From NCBI GenBank assembly GCA_002104945.1, contig MCFH01000079.1, forward strand, positions 1 through 64,000: a stretch of DNA of 64,000 nt. Direction: 5' to 3'. This document shows positions 38,918 to 49,824 of this stretch, in pieces; within the stretch, counting starts at the first letter, position 1; every line of letters starts with the position of its first letter. This DNA is from Piromyces finnis finn (Eukaryota; Fungi; Neocallimastigomycota). The notes below the pieces were generated by a model. That model was not told the origin of the DNA and searched no databases. It worked only from the letters and a program-made list of their open reading frames with translations. The position numbers and the translations under genes are program-made.

Positions 38918-41900
38918 GGCATCAAATATTTTAAACTTTATTATTAATTTAATTAAAATTATAATACATGTAATATAAAAATTAAAATAAAATAAAAATA
39001 AAAAAAATATGTTTAAATAAACACAAATGAATAAAAATCGGGTATAATGTATTCTAGTAATTTTAATTAAAGTAAGAAAGCCACTATCATACTAAAGTAT
39101 AATAATTGTATTTGACTTCCAATGGGACACCGAGCCAAAGATCAAAATTTTGTCATGGAACAAAATTATGATCTCCATTGGTTGCGCTGGCCCTCCTGGC
39201 CTGTCTTACTGTTTCTTCAGCATTGACACTCTTGGATGTTGCTTCAAACCTTTTGAACATTGACCATTGCTGGCCAATAGCAAAAGGCATGATTTTGGTT
39301 AGAAGTTCCGCGGTTACCGTCAAGAATGGTGTTCCTTCGTTAGTACCAGATTGAATCTGACGCTTACAAAGTTCTTTCCATTCCCTTGAATTGTAATTAA
39401 TATTGTTAAAACTTCTTCCCCCAAGAAGGAATTTAAATATTTTACTGCACACACTAGAATAATCATACACATTAATATTCACCGGATTATTAGAACTATT
39501 ACTATCATTAACTAAATTACTATTTAAATTAGAATTATTATCTTCACTATTGCTATCATTACTAATATTATTATTTCTATTATTGTTATTATTACTATTG
39601 TTACTATTACTATTGTTACTATTACTATTGTTATTACTACTATTGTTACTATTACTATTAATGTTATTACTATCTCTACTGATATTATCAATTTCATTAT
39701 TATTGATAGGACTATTGGAATTACGTTGACTGAAAAAATTTAATAGCTGGACTATAGAATCATAATGTTTAATACGGATATCTCTAAATGTTGGACAATC
39801 TAATAACCAATGTTTAATACTTTGATCTCCACACTTGCAACATGGACAGTAGTTAGGACAAACTGGATCAACAAATTTGGCAGCTTTGGCAACTCTAGCA
39901 TCCAACTTGTATCCGCTTTTTGCTTTCAATAGCCAGTAGAAGCCATAGGCAAACTCTGGGTACTCATAACATAATTTAATAAAATCTTTAGTTTCAATAA
40001 ATTTATTATCATCATAATATTGCGCTTTGATTGAATTCCCTTTGAGATCTTTCCAATAAAAGTTTTTAACTGCTTTAACATCTCCATGTTTCTTTAATTT
40101 TTTATCAAGTGTCCTACTTGATTTGCACCACGTGTATTTTCTAAATTTAGGAATGTAATTGACAAGGTGTGAGATAATACAATTTGAGTTTTTCCATTTG
40201 TTAAAACATCTAACCTGAGCTAACGCACATTTGGCTGACAATGGAGGAATATTCAAATCTTTTGAAATAGAGTATAAAGATATAAACGATACAGCTTTAT
40301 GAACTCCGGCAACCCATCGTATTCCTTTGTTAACATGCTTCTGAGCAATCCTAGACCTAGCTTTGTTGGATCCAAGTAATGGTGCAAAGTATGAAACTCT
40401 GCTAATCACTTGTGAGTTAAGTACTAGCTTTTTGAAAGGAATAGGAATATTAGGATTTCTTAAGAATTTACTGACTGAGAAAAGCCCTTTCAAAACCTTG
40501 TTATTAAGAGCTTTAATTACTGGTTTAAGGGACAGATTCTTATCAAATGGAACACCAAGATAAGTATAACAATCAGTAGTTGGAATGGGTTGTCCTGCTA
40601 AGTAAAATGTTGGATCTCTCTTGTTCTGATTTTCTATTGATTCAGGACGAATCACCATCGTTGAACATTTCTGTATACCAAATTCCATTTCATTATACAA
40701 TGCCCATTCATTAACTCTTCTAAGCATCTTTTTTAAGCATCCTCTTGTTGGAGCACAAATAACTATATCATCTGCAAAAAGTCCACCACAGCATCGAGTG
40801 TCACCTAAACTGACTCCTAGATCTTCGCACTCTCTAAATATATCATTAATAAAGAGATTAAAGAGAATAGGAGAAAGAGGGCAACCTTGACGGACTCCTT
40901 TCTTCACATCAAAAGATTTCGAGAATTGTCCATCTAATTTGACATTAGCCTTAGATGTTAAATATAAATTTTTGATAAATTGTAGACTCTTACCTCGGAT
41001 TCCTAAACAATCTAATTTATGGAGAATATTACCGATTGGGACTGAATCGTATGCTTTCCTGAGATCTAAAAAGGCCAAATATGTCTCTTTATTATCTAAT
41101 TGACGTCTACGGCATATTTCTTGGATTGAAATGAAAAGACTAATACTTTCTTCCTTTTTTCGAAAACCAAATTGTTCAGGTCTAATGAAATTATTCTTTA
41201 AACCATATTCTGAGATTCTAGTGGTGACAATTTTGGAAATCAACTTAATACCATTATTGATAAGTGATATACCTCGATAGTTATCACAATCTGTCAAATC
41301 TCCCTTCTTAGGAATAGAAACAATACTGGATTCATTCCATGAGTTGGGGAAATCTCCATCCCAAATACGGTTGAATAATTTAAGAATAAAATTTAAACCA
41401 TGAGCATCATTATCTGAAGTAGTATTACCAGAAGAATTATTATCTGTAGCATTATTAGAATCATTACTTGATGGAACTAATGCTTTGTAAAATTCAATTG
41501 GAATACCATCCGGACCTGATGCTTTATAATTTGGAGTAGTGAGGATAGCTGACTTGACTTCATCAATACTAATATCTTGGTTGATATCCCACTCATCAAG
41601 CATAGGAAGTGAAAAACGTTTATTCGTTGGTTCTTCATACCAATGCTCCAAATCAAGACTTACACCACTTGGGTCTGATGCAAGATTTTCGAAATGATCA
41701 TGCCACACATCTAGTTGTTCTTCCGTAGCAACAACTAATTCTCCATTTTTATTTTTAATTGGTTGAGCAATAAAGAAAGAATCTTTTCCAATTTTTGCAG
41801 TTTTCTTGATCCATTTCCAGGCCTTCTTAGGATTATGACTCTTCATATACTCACATCCTGTTTTAATCCAATGAAGATATTCTTGCTTCCTAAATTCATT

Positions 41901-44444
41901 ACATCTTTTGTGGATGTAATCAATGAGTTTACGGTAGATTTTAATTCTTTTAATAAATTCATCTATATCATAAATTCTTTCTTTTTTAAATCTCTTATAC
42001 AACTTCATTTTGATTTTTTGAAGATTAAAAATTTGTTGTGAAATATGAAATGAAGACTTTATAACATTATTAGCTGAGGTAATACTGAGCTCGTCTGCAA
42101 TTGAAAAAGCAGTTGAAGTAAACTCTTTGGAAAGTTCATCTGTAGAAACATTAGGATCGTTGAATTTTGCTGAAAGAATTTGGAATTTATTATGACTGAG
42201 AATAGATTCCTTTTCCTCAATACATTTTAATCTATTCCATTTCATAATTTTCTTAGGAACATTAAAGTCATTAGAAAAATCTTCCATAGGAATAATTTTA
42301 CCATTAATAAGAAGTGGCTTATGGTCTGATACAGGATAAAAATTATTTATAAATGATCCTGAGTGAATAAGATCTTTCATCTTCGAATTGATAAGAGCAT
42401 GGTCAATGTCGGAAGATTGATCACCTCGAGTCCAAGAGATAGTAGACCCTCTAAGCGGAAGAATTTCCCAATCTCCTAATCCATTAGTTGATAACCAGTT
42501 GGATAATTTTACTTTAGACATATTAAAATCACCAACAAGAATCGATGGATGGGATGAATGAGTTTGTAACCACAAGCGAACTTCTAACTTTGCATGATCA
42601 ACATAGATGTTGTGATGACTATGAGGCATATAAACATTTCCAATCGAGCATTTGAATCTATTCCAAAGACTAAAAGTATAAATAGAAATAATATACTTTC
42701 CAGAGAAGTTTTCAAGTGAGGCTTGACACGAATTGTGAAAACCTAAATATAAACCTCTCATTCCCGGAACTGATTCGTCAGCTTTCTTGAAAAAGTGTCT
42801 ATAGTTTCGCAAAGTAACACGACAAGGATAATCTGTATTCGAACCAGAACCATTACCAGTTTCTTGGAAACATAAGAATAATGGTTTGAAAATAGCTGTG
42901 AAATAGCTAATACTATCTCTCTTTTCGTGATTCCACCCATTGGTGTTCCAACTAAGACAAAAAGAAAAGTTATCAGGCTTGTTGGATGAGGAAGAATCGT
43001 TGCTATTATTATTATTATTAAAGTCATCGTTATTAATGGATGATGCATCAGAGGAATAAGTTGAACTATTACTAGATGGCTGTGAAACTGAAGAACTATC
43101 AACTATTGAACTGTTATCAGAGTTGATAGAGCTATTAGAATTAATTGCTGAATGTTGAGATTGAAATTGTGTTTGCTGTAGATCTGGAATATTTTCATGA
43201 TTGGAAACTTGTTGAAGATCTTGTTGAAGATCTAGTTGAAGATCGGATTGTTGATGAGATTGTTGAACTGATTGTTGAAATGATTGTTGAATAGAATGTT
43301 GATGTTTATTAGAAACTAAAATTTTACGTTTGAGAGTGGAAAAAGTGTATTTGTGATTCCTTCTACTACGAGCTGAAAAGGAAATTGAGGTAACTGAAAG
43401 TTTCTTCTTTAACATGTGTAAGATTTTAATACAATCTTTCGATGAACCATGAACCTTGACTAAGAAAAAGTGATCATTGAAAGTCTGAAAATATTTAACA
43501 CTAATAACTGAATTAAATTTATCTTCTAGAATAACCTCGAGTTTTTCCCATAGCATATTTACTGACCATGATCGAATACCACGGATAAAGAAGGAGCGAA
43601 TATCATCTAATGGGATACCATAAGACCGGGTACCACGTCTGATATAATTCTTATCTTTAATATAAAGGACTGACATGATAATAAATTCTAATTAAAAATA
43701 TTGAATATAAAATAAATACTAATAAAAATTATAAATATAACGTATATGGAAAAAAAATCTGTCTCTCTCTCTCTTCTTAAAAGTACTGGATAGTACAAAA
43801 ATTGTTACGATGCTTTGTTTAAAGTTTCTTTTTTTTGAATTCTAGTTGTAAATTTTCTTTAAAAATTCTAGTTTTGGTTTGTTGTTAGTAAATTCGATTC
43901 GCTTTTTGACACTAAACTTGTTTGACTTTACTTTTCATTAAATATTTAAATTGGTAAAAAATTTGAATCAAGAATGTCGACACCAGAAAGCTTGTGAATA
44001 GTATTTTTACATGATGTAGAGTGAATCAGTCTCTTACAAGAAACAATACAACAATAGCTACATGAATATAAAAATACAATGCAAATGCTAAAGTTGACTA
44101 CATTGGATTCTTACAAGAGAAGAGTAGTACTACATGAATACATGAATAAAAGAAAAAATACAGCAACAAAATGTATTACTCTTCTAATTAAATACTATAC
44201 AAACTTACCTGAATATCAAACATTCAACTTATTCATCAAATACTTAAATTCGATGAATAAAATGTTTTTTAATCGCTCAGTACCATGAGCTTAGTCCTAA
44301 TAATTTTCCCTTAAAGACTAACCAAGCATCCATTGCGCAATACTTGGATTTAATTCTTTCTACTCTCTCAGTACCATGAGCATGAGTAGACCCCCTTGAG
44401 AAACTACATTTATTAAATAAATGAAGGCACGTTCCCAAGAGGGT
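38872..44444 (-). mobile_element. Full-length, apparently intact non-LTR retrotransposon (LINE copy B, 5573 bp)
   Basis: 14-bp TSD TTAAAAATATGAAA (38858-38871, 44445-44458), poly(T) 38872-38914, one uninterrupted ORF, and a ~770-bp 5' UTR whose end (...CAAGAGGGT) coincides with the end of homology to copy A. Confidence 0.98.
39153..43676 (-). CDS. LINE polyprotein, 1507 aa: putative RRM, Q/S/N linker, APE endonuclease, reverse transcriptase, CCHC zinc knuckle, Asn-rich tail
   Basis: APE motifs SWNTNG, FQETG, GNVYMP, VGDFN, SSDIDHAL, SDHKPL. RT motifs KASGPDGI, PKKGDLTDCDNYRGISL, FLDLRKAYDSV, GVRQGCPLSPILFNLFI, LFADD, YTYLG. Knuckle CPCCKCGDQSIKHWLLDC. The RRM call (RSFFIRGI...HFFLVKV) is weaker. 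Confidence 0.97.
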   Translation of the reverse strand: MSVLYIKDKNYIRRGTRSYGIPLDDIRSFFIRGIRSWSVNMLWEKLEVILEDKFNSVISVKYFQTFNDHFFLVKVHGSSKDCIKILHMLKKKLSVTSISFSARSRRNHKYTFSTLKRKILVSNKHQHSIQQSFQQSVQQSHQQSDLQLDLQQDLQQVSNHENIPDLQQTQFQSQHSAINSNSSINSDNSSIVDSSSVSQPSSNSSTYSSDASSINNDDFNNNNNSNDSSSSNKPDNFSFCLSWNTNGWNHEKRDSISYFTAIFKPLFLCFQETGNGSGSNTDYPCRVTLRNYRHFFKKADESVPGMRGLYLGFHNSCQASLENFSGKYIISIYTFSLWNRFKCSIGNVYMPHSHHNIYVDHAKLEVRLWLQTHSSHPSILVGDFNMSKVKLSNWLSTNGLGDWEILPLRGSTISWTRGDQSSDIDHALINSKMKDLIHSGSFINNFYPVSDHKPLLINGKIIPMEDFSNDFNVPKKIMKWNRLKCIEEKESILSHNKFQILSAKFNDPNVSTDELSKEFTSTAFSIADELSITSANNVIKSSFHISQQIFNLQKIKMKLYKRFKKERIYDIDEFIKRIKIYRKLIDYIHKRCNEFRKQEYLHWIKTGCEYMKSHNPKKAWKWIKKTAKIGKDSFFIAQPIKNKNGELVVATEEQLDVWHDHFENLASDPSGVSLDLEHWYEEPTNKRFSLPMLDEWDINQDISIDEVKSAILTTPNYKASGPDGIPIEFYKALVPSSNDSNNATDNNSSGNTTSDNDAHGLNFILKLFNRIWDGDFPNSWNESSIVSIPKKGDLTDCDNYRGISLINNGIKLISKIVTTRISEYGLKNNFIRPEQFGFRKKEESISLFISIQEICRRRQLDNKETYLAFLDLRKAYDSVPIGNILHKLDCLGIRGKSLQFIKNLYLTSKANVKLDGQFSKSFDVKKGVRQGCPLSPILFNLFINDIFRECEDLGVSLGDTRCCGGLFADDIVICAPTRGCLKKMLRRVNEWALYNEMEFGIQKCSTMVIRPESIENQNKRDPTFYLAGQPIPTTDCYTYLGVPFDKNLSLKPVIKALNNKVLKGLFSVSKFLRNPNIPIPFKKLVLNSQVISRVSYFAPLLGSNKARSRIAQKHVNKGIRWVAGVHKAVSFISLYSISKDLNIPPLSAKCALAQVRCFNKWKNSNCIISHLVNYIPKFRKYTWCKSSRTLDKKLKKHGDVKAVKNFYWKDLKGNSIKAQYYDDNKFIETKDFIKLCYEYPEFAYGFYWLLKAKSGYKLDARVAKAAKFVDPVCPNYCPCCKCGDQSIKHWLLDCPTFRDIRIKHYDSIVQLLNFFSQRNSNSPINNNEIDNISRDSNNINSNSNNSSNNNSNSNNSNSNNSNNNNNRNNNISNDSNSEDNNSNLNSNLVNDSNSSNNPVNINVYDYSSVCSKIFKFLLGGRSFNNINYNSREWKELCKRQIQSGTNEGTPFLTVTAELLTKIMPFAIGQQWSMFKRFEATSKSVNAEETVRQARRASATNGDHNFVP

Positions 44445-45125
44445 TTAAAAATATGAAAAGGACAATTATAAAGTATAACAATAGCGTTTGTCTTTCAATG
44501 GGACAAAAATTCAATACCAAAATTTGTCAAGAGAGGTACAAAATTATTGGTTGTGCTGATAATATTTAATATCTCATTGTTCATACTACTATCGACGACC
44601 CATTTCATTTTTTTATTGTTATTACTTTAAATTCTATTAATCTACACTTTTGGATATTTTTTTAAAGTAATTTTCAAAAAAAGTATTAAATGTGTCATAC
44701 AGTATTAAAAAAAAATTTTTTTTTTTTTTAATTGTAAATTATAAATAATGAAATAGTTTATTTATATTCTGAAAACACAATTTTTACATACATTTTTATA
44801 TTAATAATATACATTTAATTATATTTTCTAAATATATTTTATAATAGTAATAAAGCTTTCAATATGAAAAAGAAAAGTTATATAAAATAATTAATTGATT
44901 TATTAATTATAATTATATAATAAAAATATTTGTTGTCTTATATTATGATAGGATAGTACATATCTATATTAAATAATTAATTATTATAAATTAAAAGAAT
45001 AATAAATTATTTATATTACATTTATACATTACTGTCTTATTAATAAATAATATAAATATTTAAATATAAAAAAAAAAGTTTTAAAGATTTAAGATTTCAT
45101 TGTTCATGATGAACCTATTTTATAT

Positions 45126-47045
45126 TTATTCACTGTATTGAGCTTCATCATCACTGTTGTTATCACAATCTTCACCAACACATTGAGATTCACCTCCTTC
45201 ACCATTTCCTTCAGATGGAGTTTCACCAGATGGAGTTTCACCAGATGGAGTTTCACCAGATGGAGTTTCACCAGATGGAGTTTCACCAGATGGAGTTTCA
45301 CCAGATGGAGTTTCACCAGATGGAGTTTCACCAGATGGAGTTTCACCAGATGGAGTTTCACCAGATGGGGTTTCACCAGATGGGGTTTCACCAGATGGGG
45401 TTTCACCAGATGGGGTTTCACCAGATGGGGTTTCACCAGATGGGGTTTCACCAGATGGGGTTTCACCAGATGGAGTTTCACCAGATGGAGTTTCACCAGA
45501 TGGACCAGTTGGAACTTCACCATTTGGAGAGGCTGGACCTCCTGGAACTTCGACTGGACCACTTGGAACATTACTACCAGAAACACTTCCATTTCCTGAC
45601 TCTTCAGTTTCACCATTTGGAACAACATCCTTTGGTGGTAAAGTACTTGGAGGAGTAAGTAGAGTTTCGCCATTTGAATCACATGGAGTTTTAGTAGATG
45701 GAGTAGTTCCACTTGGAGTATTACCTGATGGAGTACCTGGAATACTCTTTGGAGCTGGAGTGTTACCAGATGGAACACAACCTTCACCAACACATTGAGT
45801 TTCACCTCCTTCACCATTTCCTGATGGAGTTTCACCACTTGGACCAGATGGAACAGACTTTGGAGCTGGGGTTTCACCAGATGGAGTTTCACCATTTGGA
45901 CCAGATGGAACAGATTTTGGAGCTGGGGTTTCACCGGATGGAGTTTCACCATTTGGACCAGATGGAACAGACTTTGGAGCTGGGGTTTCACCGGATGGAG
46001 TTTCACCATTTGGACCAGATGGAACAGACTTTGGAGCTGGGGTTTCACCATATGGAGTTTCACCATTTGGACCAGATGGAACAGATTTTGGAGCTGGGGT
46101 TTCACCGGATGGAGTTTCACCATTTGGACCAGATGGAACAGACTTTGGAGCTGGGGTTTCACCGGATGGAGTTTCACCATTTGAACCACATGGAGTCTTA
46201 GTGGATGGAGTAGTTCCATTTGGAGTATTACCTGATGGAGTACCTGGAATACTCTTTGGAGCTGGAGTTTCACCGTTTGGACCAGATGGAGTATTACCTG
46301 ATGGACCAGATGGACCAGCTGGAGTTTCACCATTTGGACCGGATGGAGTGTTACCGGATGGACCAGATGGACCAGCTGGAGTTTCACCATTTGGACCGGA
46401 TGGAGTGTTACCGGATGGACCAGATGGAGCAGCTGGAGTTTCACCGTTTGGTCCAGATGGAGTGTTACCGGATGGACCAGATGGACCAGCTGGAGTTTCA
46501 CCATTTGGTCCAGATGGAGTGTTACCGGATGGACCAGATGGACCAGCTGGAGTTTCACCATTTGGACCGGATGGAGTATTACCAGATGGAGTATTAATTG
46601 GTGAAGTAGATTCTTCATCCTTACAATTATCACCTGTACAAGTAGTAGTTTTACAATGACCATTTGTACAATTTTGAGAAGTTGAAGTGGTAGAGGTATT
46701 CTTACCATCATTAGATGAAGTCCAACTCCAACTCCAGCTGTTACTCTTACAATTTACACCAGTTCCTTTGTCACAATCAGAAGATGGTTTAGTATTGGCT
46801 GGAGCAGAACCAGAAGTACTAGTTGTAGTTTCAGAAGTACATTTTCCATTAGTACAATTGTTTGAAGTAGTAGTACTAGTTTTACCATCATTAGTGGTAT
46901 TCCAACTCCAACTCCAACTAGTTTTATGGCAATTAGCCATGTTTTCATCAGTGCATGGAATTTTTTCTCCTGGAAGTGGTAAACCTTGAACTACAGCGTT
47001 TAAAGCTAATGATGCAATAGCAGCTAAAATAATGTTGTAACGCAT
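45126..47045 (-). CDS. Secreted Gly/Pro/Ser/Thr/Glu repeat protein P5 (639 aa) with two N-terminal Trp/Cys modules
   Basis: Signal peptide [21 protein letters not shown]|LPLP. Two SWSWSW...NDGK...CTNGxC modules, 19-aa [19 protein letters not shown] x~5, 19-aa [19 protein letters not shown] x6, and GETPS x19. Confidence 0.9.
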   Translation of the reverse strand: MRYNIILAAIASLALNAVVQGLPLPGEKIPCTDENMANCHKTSWSWSWNTTNDGKTSTTTSNNCTNGKCTSETTTSTSGSAPANTKPSSDCDKGTGVNCKSNSWSWSWTSSNDGKNTSTTSTSQNCTNGHCKTTTCTGDNCKDEESTSPINTPSGNTPSGPNGETPAGPSGPSGNTPSGPNGETPAGPSGPSGNTPSGPNGETPAAPSGPSGNTPSGPNGETPAGPSGPSGNTPSGPNGETPAGPSGPSGNTPSGPNGETPAPKSIPGTPSGNTPNGTTPSTKTPCGSNGETPSGETPAPKSVPSGPNGETPSGETPAPKSVPSGPNGETPYGETPAPKSVPSGPNGETPSGETPAPKSVPSGPNGETPSGETPAPKSVPSGPNGETPSGETPAPKSVPSGPSGETPSGNGEGGETQCVGEGCVPSGNTPAPKSIPGTPSGNTPSGTTPSTKTPCDSNGETLLTPPSTLPPKDVVPNGETEESGNGSVSGSNVPSGPVEVPGGPASPNGEVPTGPSGETPSGETPSGETPSGETPSGETPSGETPSGETPSGETPSGETPSGETPSGETPSGETPSGETPSGETPSGETPSGETPSGETPSGETPSGETPSEGNGEGGESQCVGEDCDNNSDDEAQYSE

Positions 47046-48313
47046 TTTTGTTTTACCAAAAGTTGAATAAAAATATTTGCTTTAAATGGATAGTCGATAT
47101 ATTAAGTAAAATTTTTATATAATTTTTTATAATTATATATAATTTTTATTTACAAGATTATAATTGTTTTTTTAATTAAATTATTTAAATAAATTATAAT
47201 ATATACAAATATTATATATGAAAAAAGAATTTATATACAAAAGTTATAATTATTAAAAAGAAAAGTAAATGATATACTTTTGATACAACTTTTTAATAAT
47301 TAATTTTATATAACAACGATTTTTATTTTTTTTATTTTACTTTTCAGTAATTATAATATTATTTTTAAAACTTGAAATGACTGAATTAAAAAAAAAAAAA
47401 AAAACTTTGTGTATTTATATTGCTTTTAAAATATACAGACATATTTGCTACAGTTAAAAATAAAAAATGGCACCAAAATTAATAATTTCTAATAATAAAC
47501 TTTTTTAATTTATTTATTAAATTGAAAGTTAATATAATCAATTATTATTTTAATAAATATTAATAACTTTAATTAATAAATATAAATAATAAATAATTAA
47601 AATAATAAAAAAGAATTAAAAAAAAAAAAAAAAAAAATGGAAAAAAGAAAGGTATCTTGTAAATAATATTAGATGATTACGGCAGTCTTTATTTATAATA
47701 ATATATTAATTGTAGTCAAAAATGAGGATAAAATAGACTTAATGTATGTATATTAAAATTGAATAATGTAGTATTTATAATAGTATATTAAAATTGAATA
47801 ATTGTAAAATTCTAATAATTCTTTATAATATCTTTTATTTTATTAAATATATTGAAAGAGCGGTAAAGGTATTTTTAATAAATTATTAAAAATACAGGTA
47901 AAAGAAGGGTTTATTATAAAAAATAATTATTTAATAAAAGAATACTATATATAATAAAAGAATATTAATTAAATAATAAATCTACTTATTTTAAAAATAA
48001 TTACTATGGAAATATGTAATAATTCAAATAATCCTAAATCAAAGTTAATAGCTTTTTTCAATATAAAGAGAAAACGCCATAATTTTCTATTTTAATTTCA
48101 TTAATTGTTAATTTCTTATTATAGTATAAATTAGGTAAAGCATAGAAAATAGGATATAAATTAATAGAGATTAAAATTATAAAAAAGAAATTTGTTAAAT
48201 TAAAATTAACTATATTATTAATCAGTACTACATTATAAAAAATACAAGTTTTAACTATCTTCATATCACTAATAGTTTTCTGCTATTATTGTTGTTGCTG
48301 TTATTACTTATTA

Positions 48314-48405
48314 AAGGTATCTTTTCATTTATATCTTTAAAATGATACTGTTTTTTTTTTTTTTTTTTATAAGTCATTTTAAAGATATAAATGAAAAGAT
48401 ACCTT
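48314..48405. repeat. Perfect 32-bp inverted repeat around a 28-nt T-rich spacer
   Basis: AAGGTATCTTTTCATTTATATCTTTAAAATGA (48314-48345) and its exact reverse complement (48374-48405). Confidence 0.95.
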
Positions 48406-49824
48406 CAATAACTTTTTTTTTAATTACTAAAAAAAATAATTATTATTTAAGAGAAAATATTCAATAAAATAAAAAAGTTTTATAGATGCCTATTAAAAAT
48501 TACACCGTTGGAACTTTTTATTCAAGTTTTATGAATGATACATTGTGTAAGCAAGCTGTAAAAATTCAAAAATTCTTTCTTATTATCATTTTATTTAATC
48601 CAATAATTTCTATTTGTTCCAACTTTTGAAATTAATAGTGAATTGATATAAAAGATAAAATAAAGAGAGCGGCAACAATTTGTTATTTTAACATTAAAAA
48701 CTAGTTGAATAGAAAAACGGCATATATAATATAATATAATTTAATATTATTGGCTCTTTTCAAAATGTTTAATTTATATCTTAATTCTTCAAAAACAATA
48801 GTTAATCTATTTTAAATTTTATTATAATATAAGGTTTAAATAGAAAATTAATTATGACCAATAGTATATCTTTGGAATTTAATATATCATATTTAAAATT
48901 TATACAATAATTTGAACAAATTTGGAAAAATTAATAAATTGTATGATACTGAATAAAAAAAAAAAAAAAAAAGAAAATTAATAAGATTAAGGATAGTTAA
49001 AATATCCTTTTTTTTTATAAAAGTATTTATATAATATGATATGATTTATATTTCATATTCTTCATAATTTCCATTTTTATTCAATTTGTTGTGATAGTAG
49101 TAGAAATAGCATGTTGAATAATTGATTGTTGTACATTTTATTAAAATGCCATTAATAGAAATAAGAAAAGAAAATATATACATATATTTGATAACTATAA
49201 GTTTTGTTTTTGGATTTTCATTATAAAAGTTTGAATTTGATACCTATAAATAATATATATAACGTACGACTTTATAAAAATGCATAAAATGTTGTAATTA
49301 AAAAATGTTTTTTTTTTTTTTATATGTGATATCACAATAAAATTATTCATCTTAATTGTAAAAGTAACACATTTTATTTATGATTTATGGTAGAATTATA
49401 AAATAAATTTCAAAAAAAAAAACTTTTTTTTTTTGATTTTTAATAATATATTAATTGTAAAACTACAAATATTTAAAGAACAAAAAGTTTTAAAAATAGT
49501 AATGCAAAAATTTTATTTTATAAAAGTAATGCTTTATTAATAAATTTATTTAATAAATATAATACAAAAAATAGATAATAATAATAATAAAAAAAAGGAA
49601 TAAAAGGATAGTTTCTTTTTTAAAATTTATTACAAAATTATAAATCAAAAAATTATTTCTTATTTCATTAAAATAATAATTTTAGAACAATAATAATAAA
49701 TAAATAGATTATATATACATGAAATATGTACTATAAATTTCATTTTTATATACTTTAATTATTATTTTTCCAAATGAATCGTCTAATTTTTTTCTTGCTA
49801 TATAATATAATCACTTTCTATTAT

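Noticed and set aside
44356-44372. CTGAGAGAGTAGAAA in the LINE leader resembling a hammerhead core
   Set aside because: It does not match CUGAnGA, has no stem II before GAAA, and the CUGAG is paired in a hairpin.
45215-45500. Regular short repeats suggesting a CRISPR array
   Set aside because: Head-to-tail 15-bp coding repeats with no unique spacers, inside a eukaryotic ORF. No CRISPR array is present in the window.
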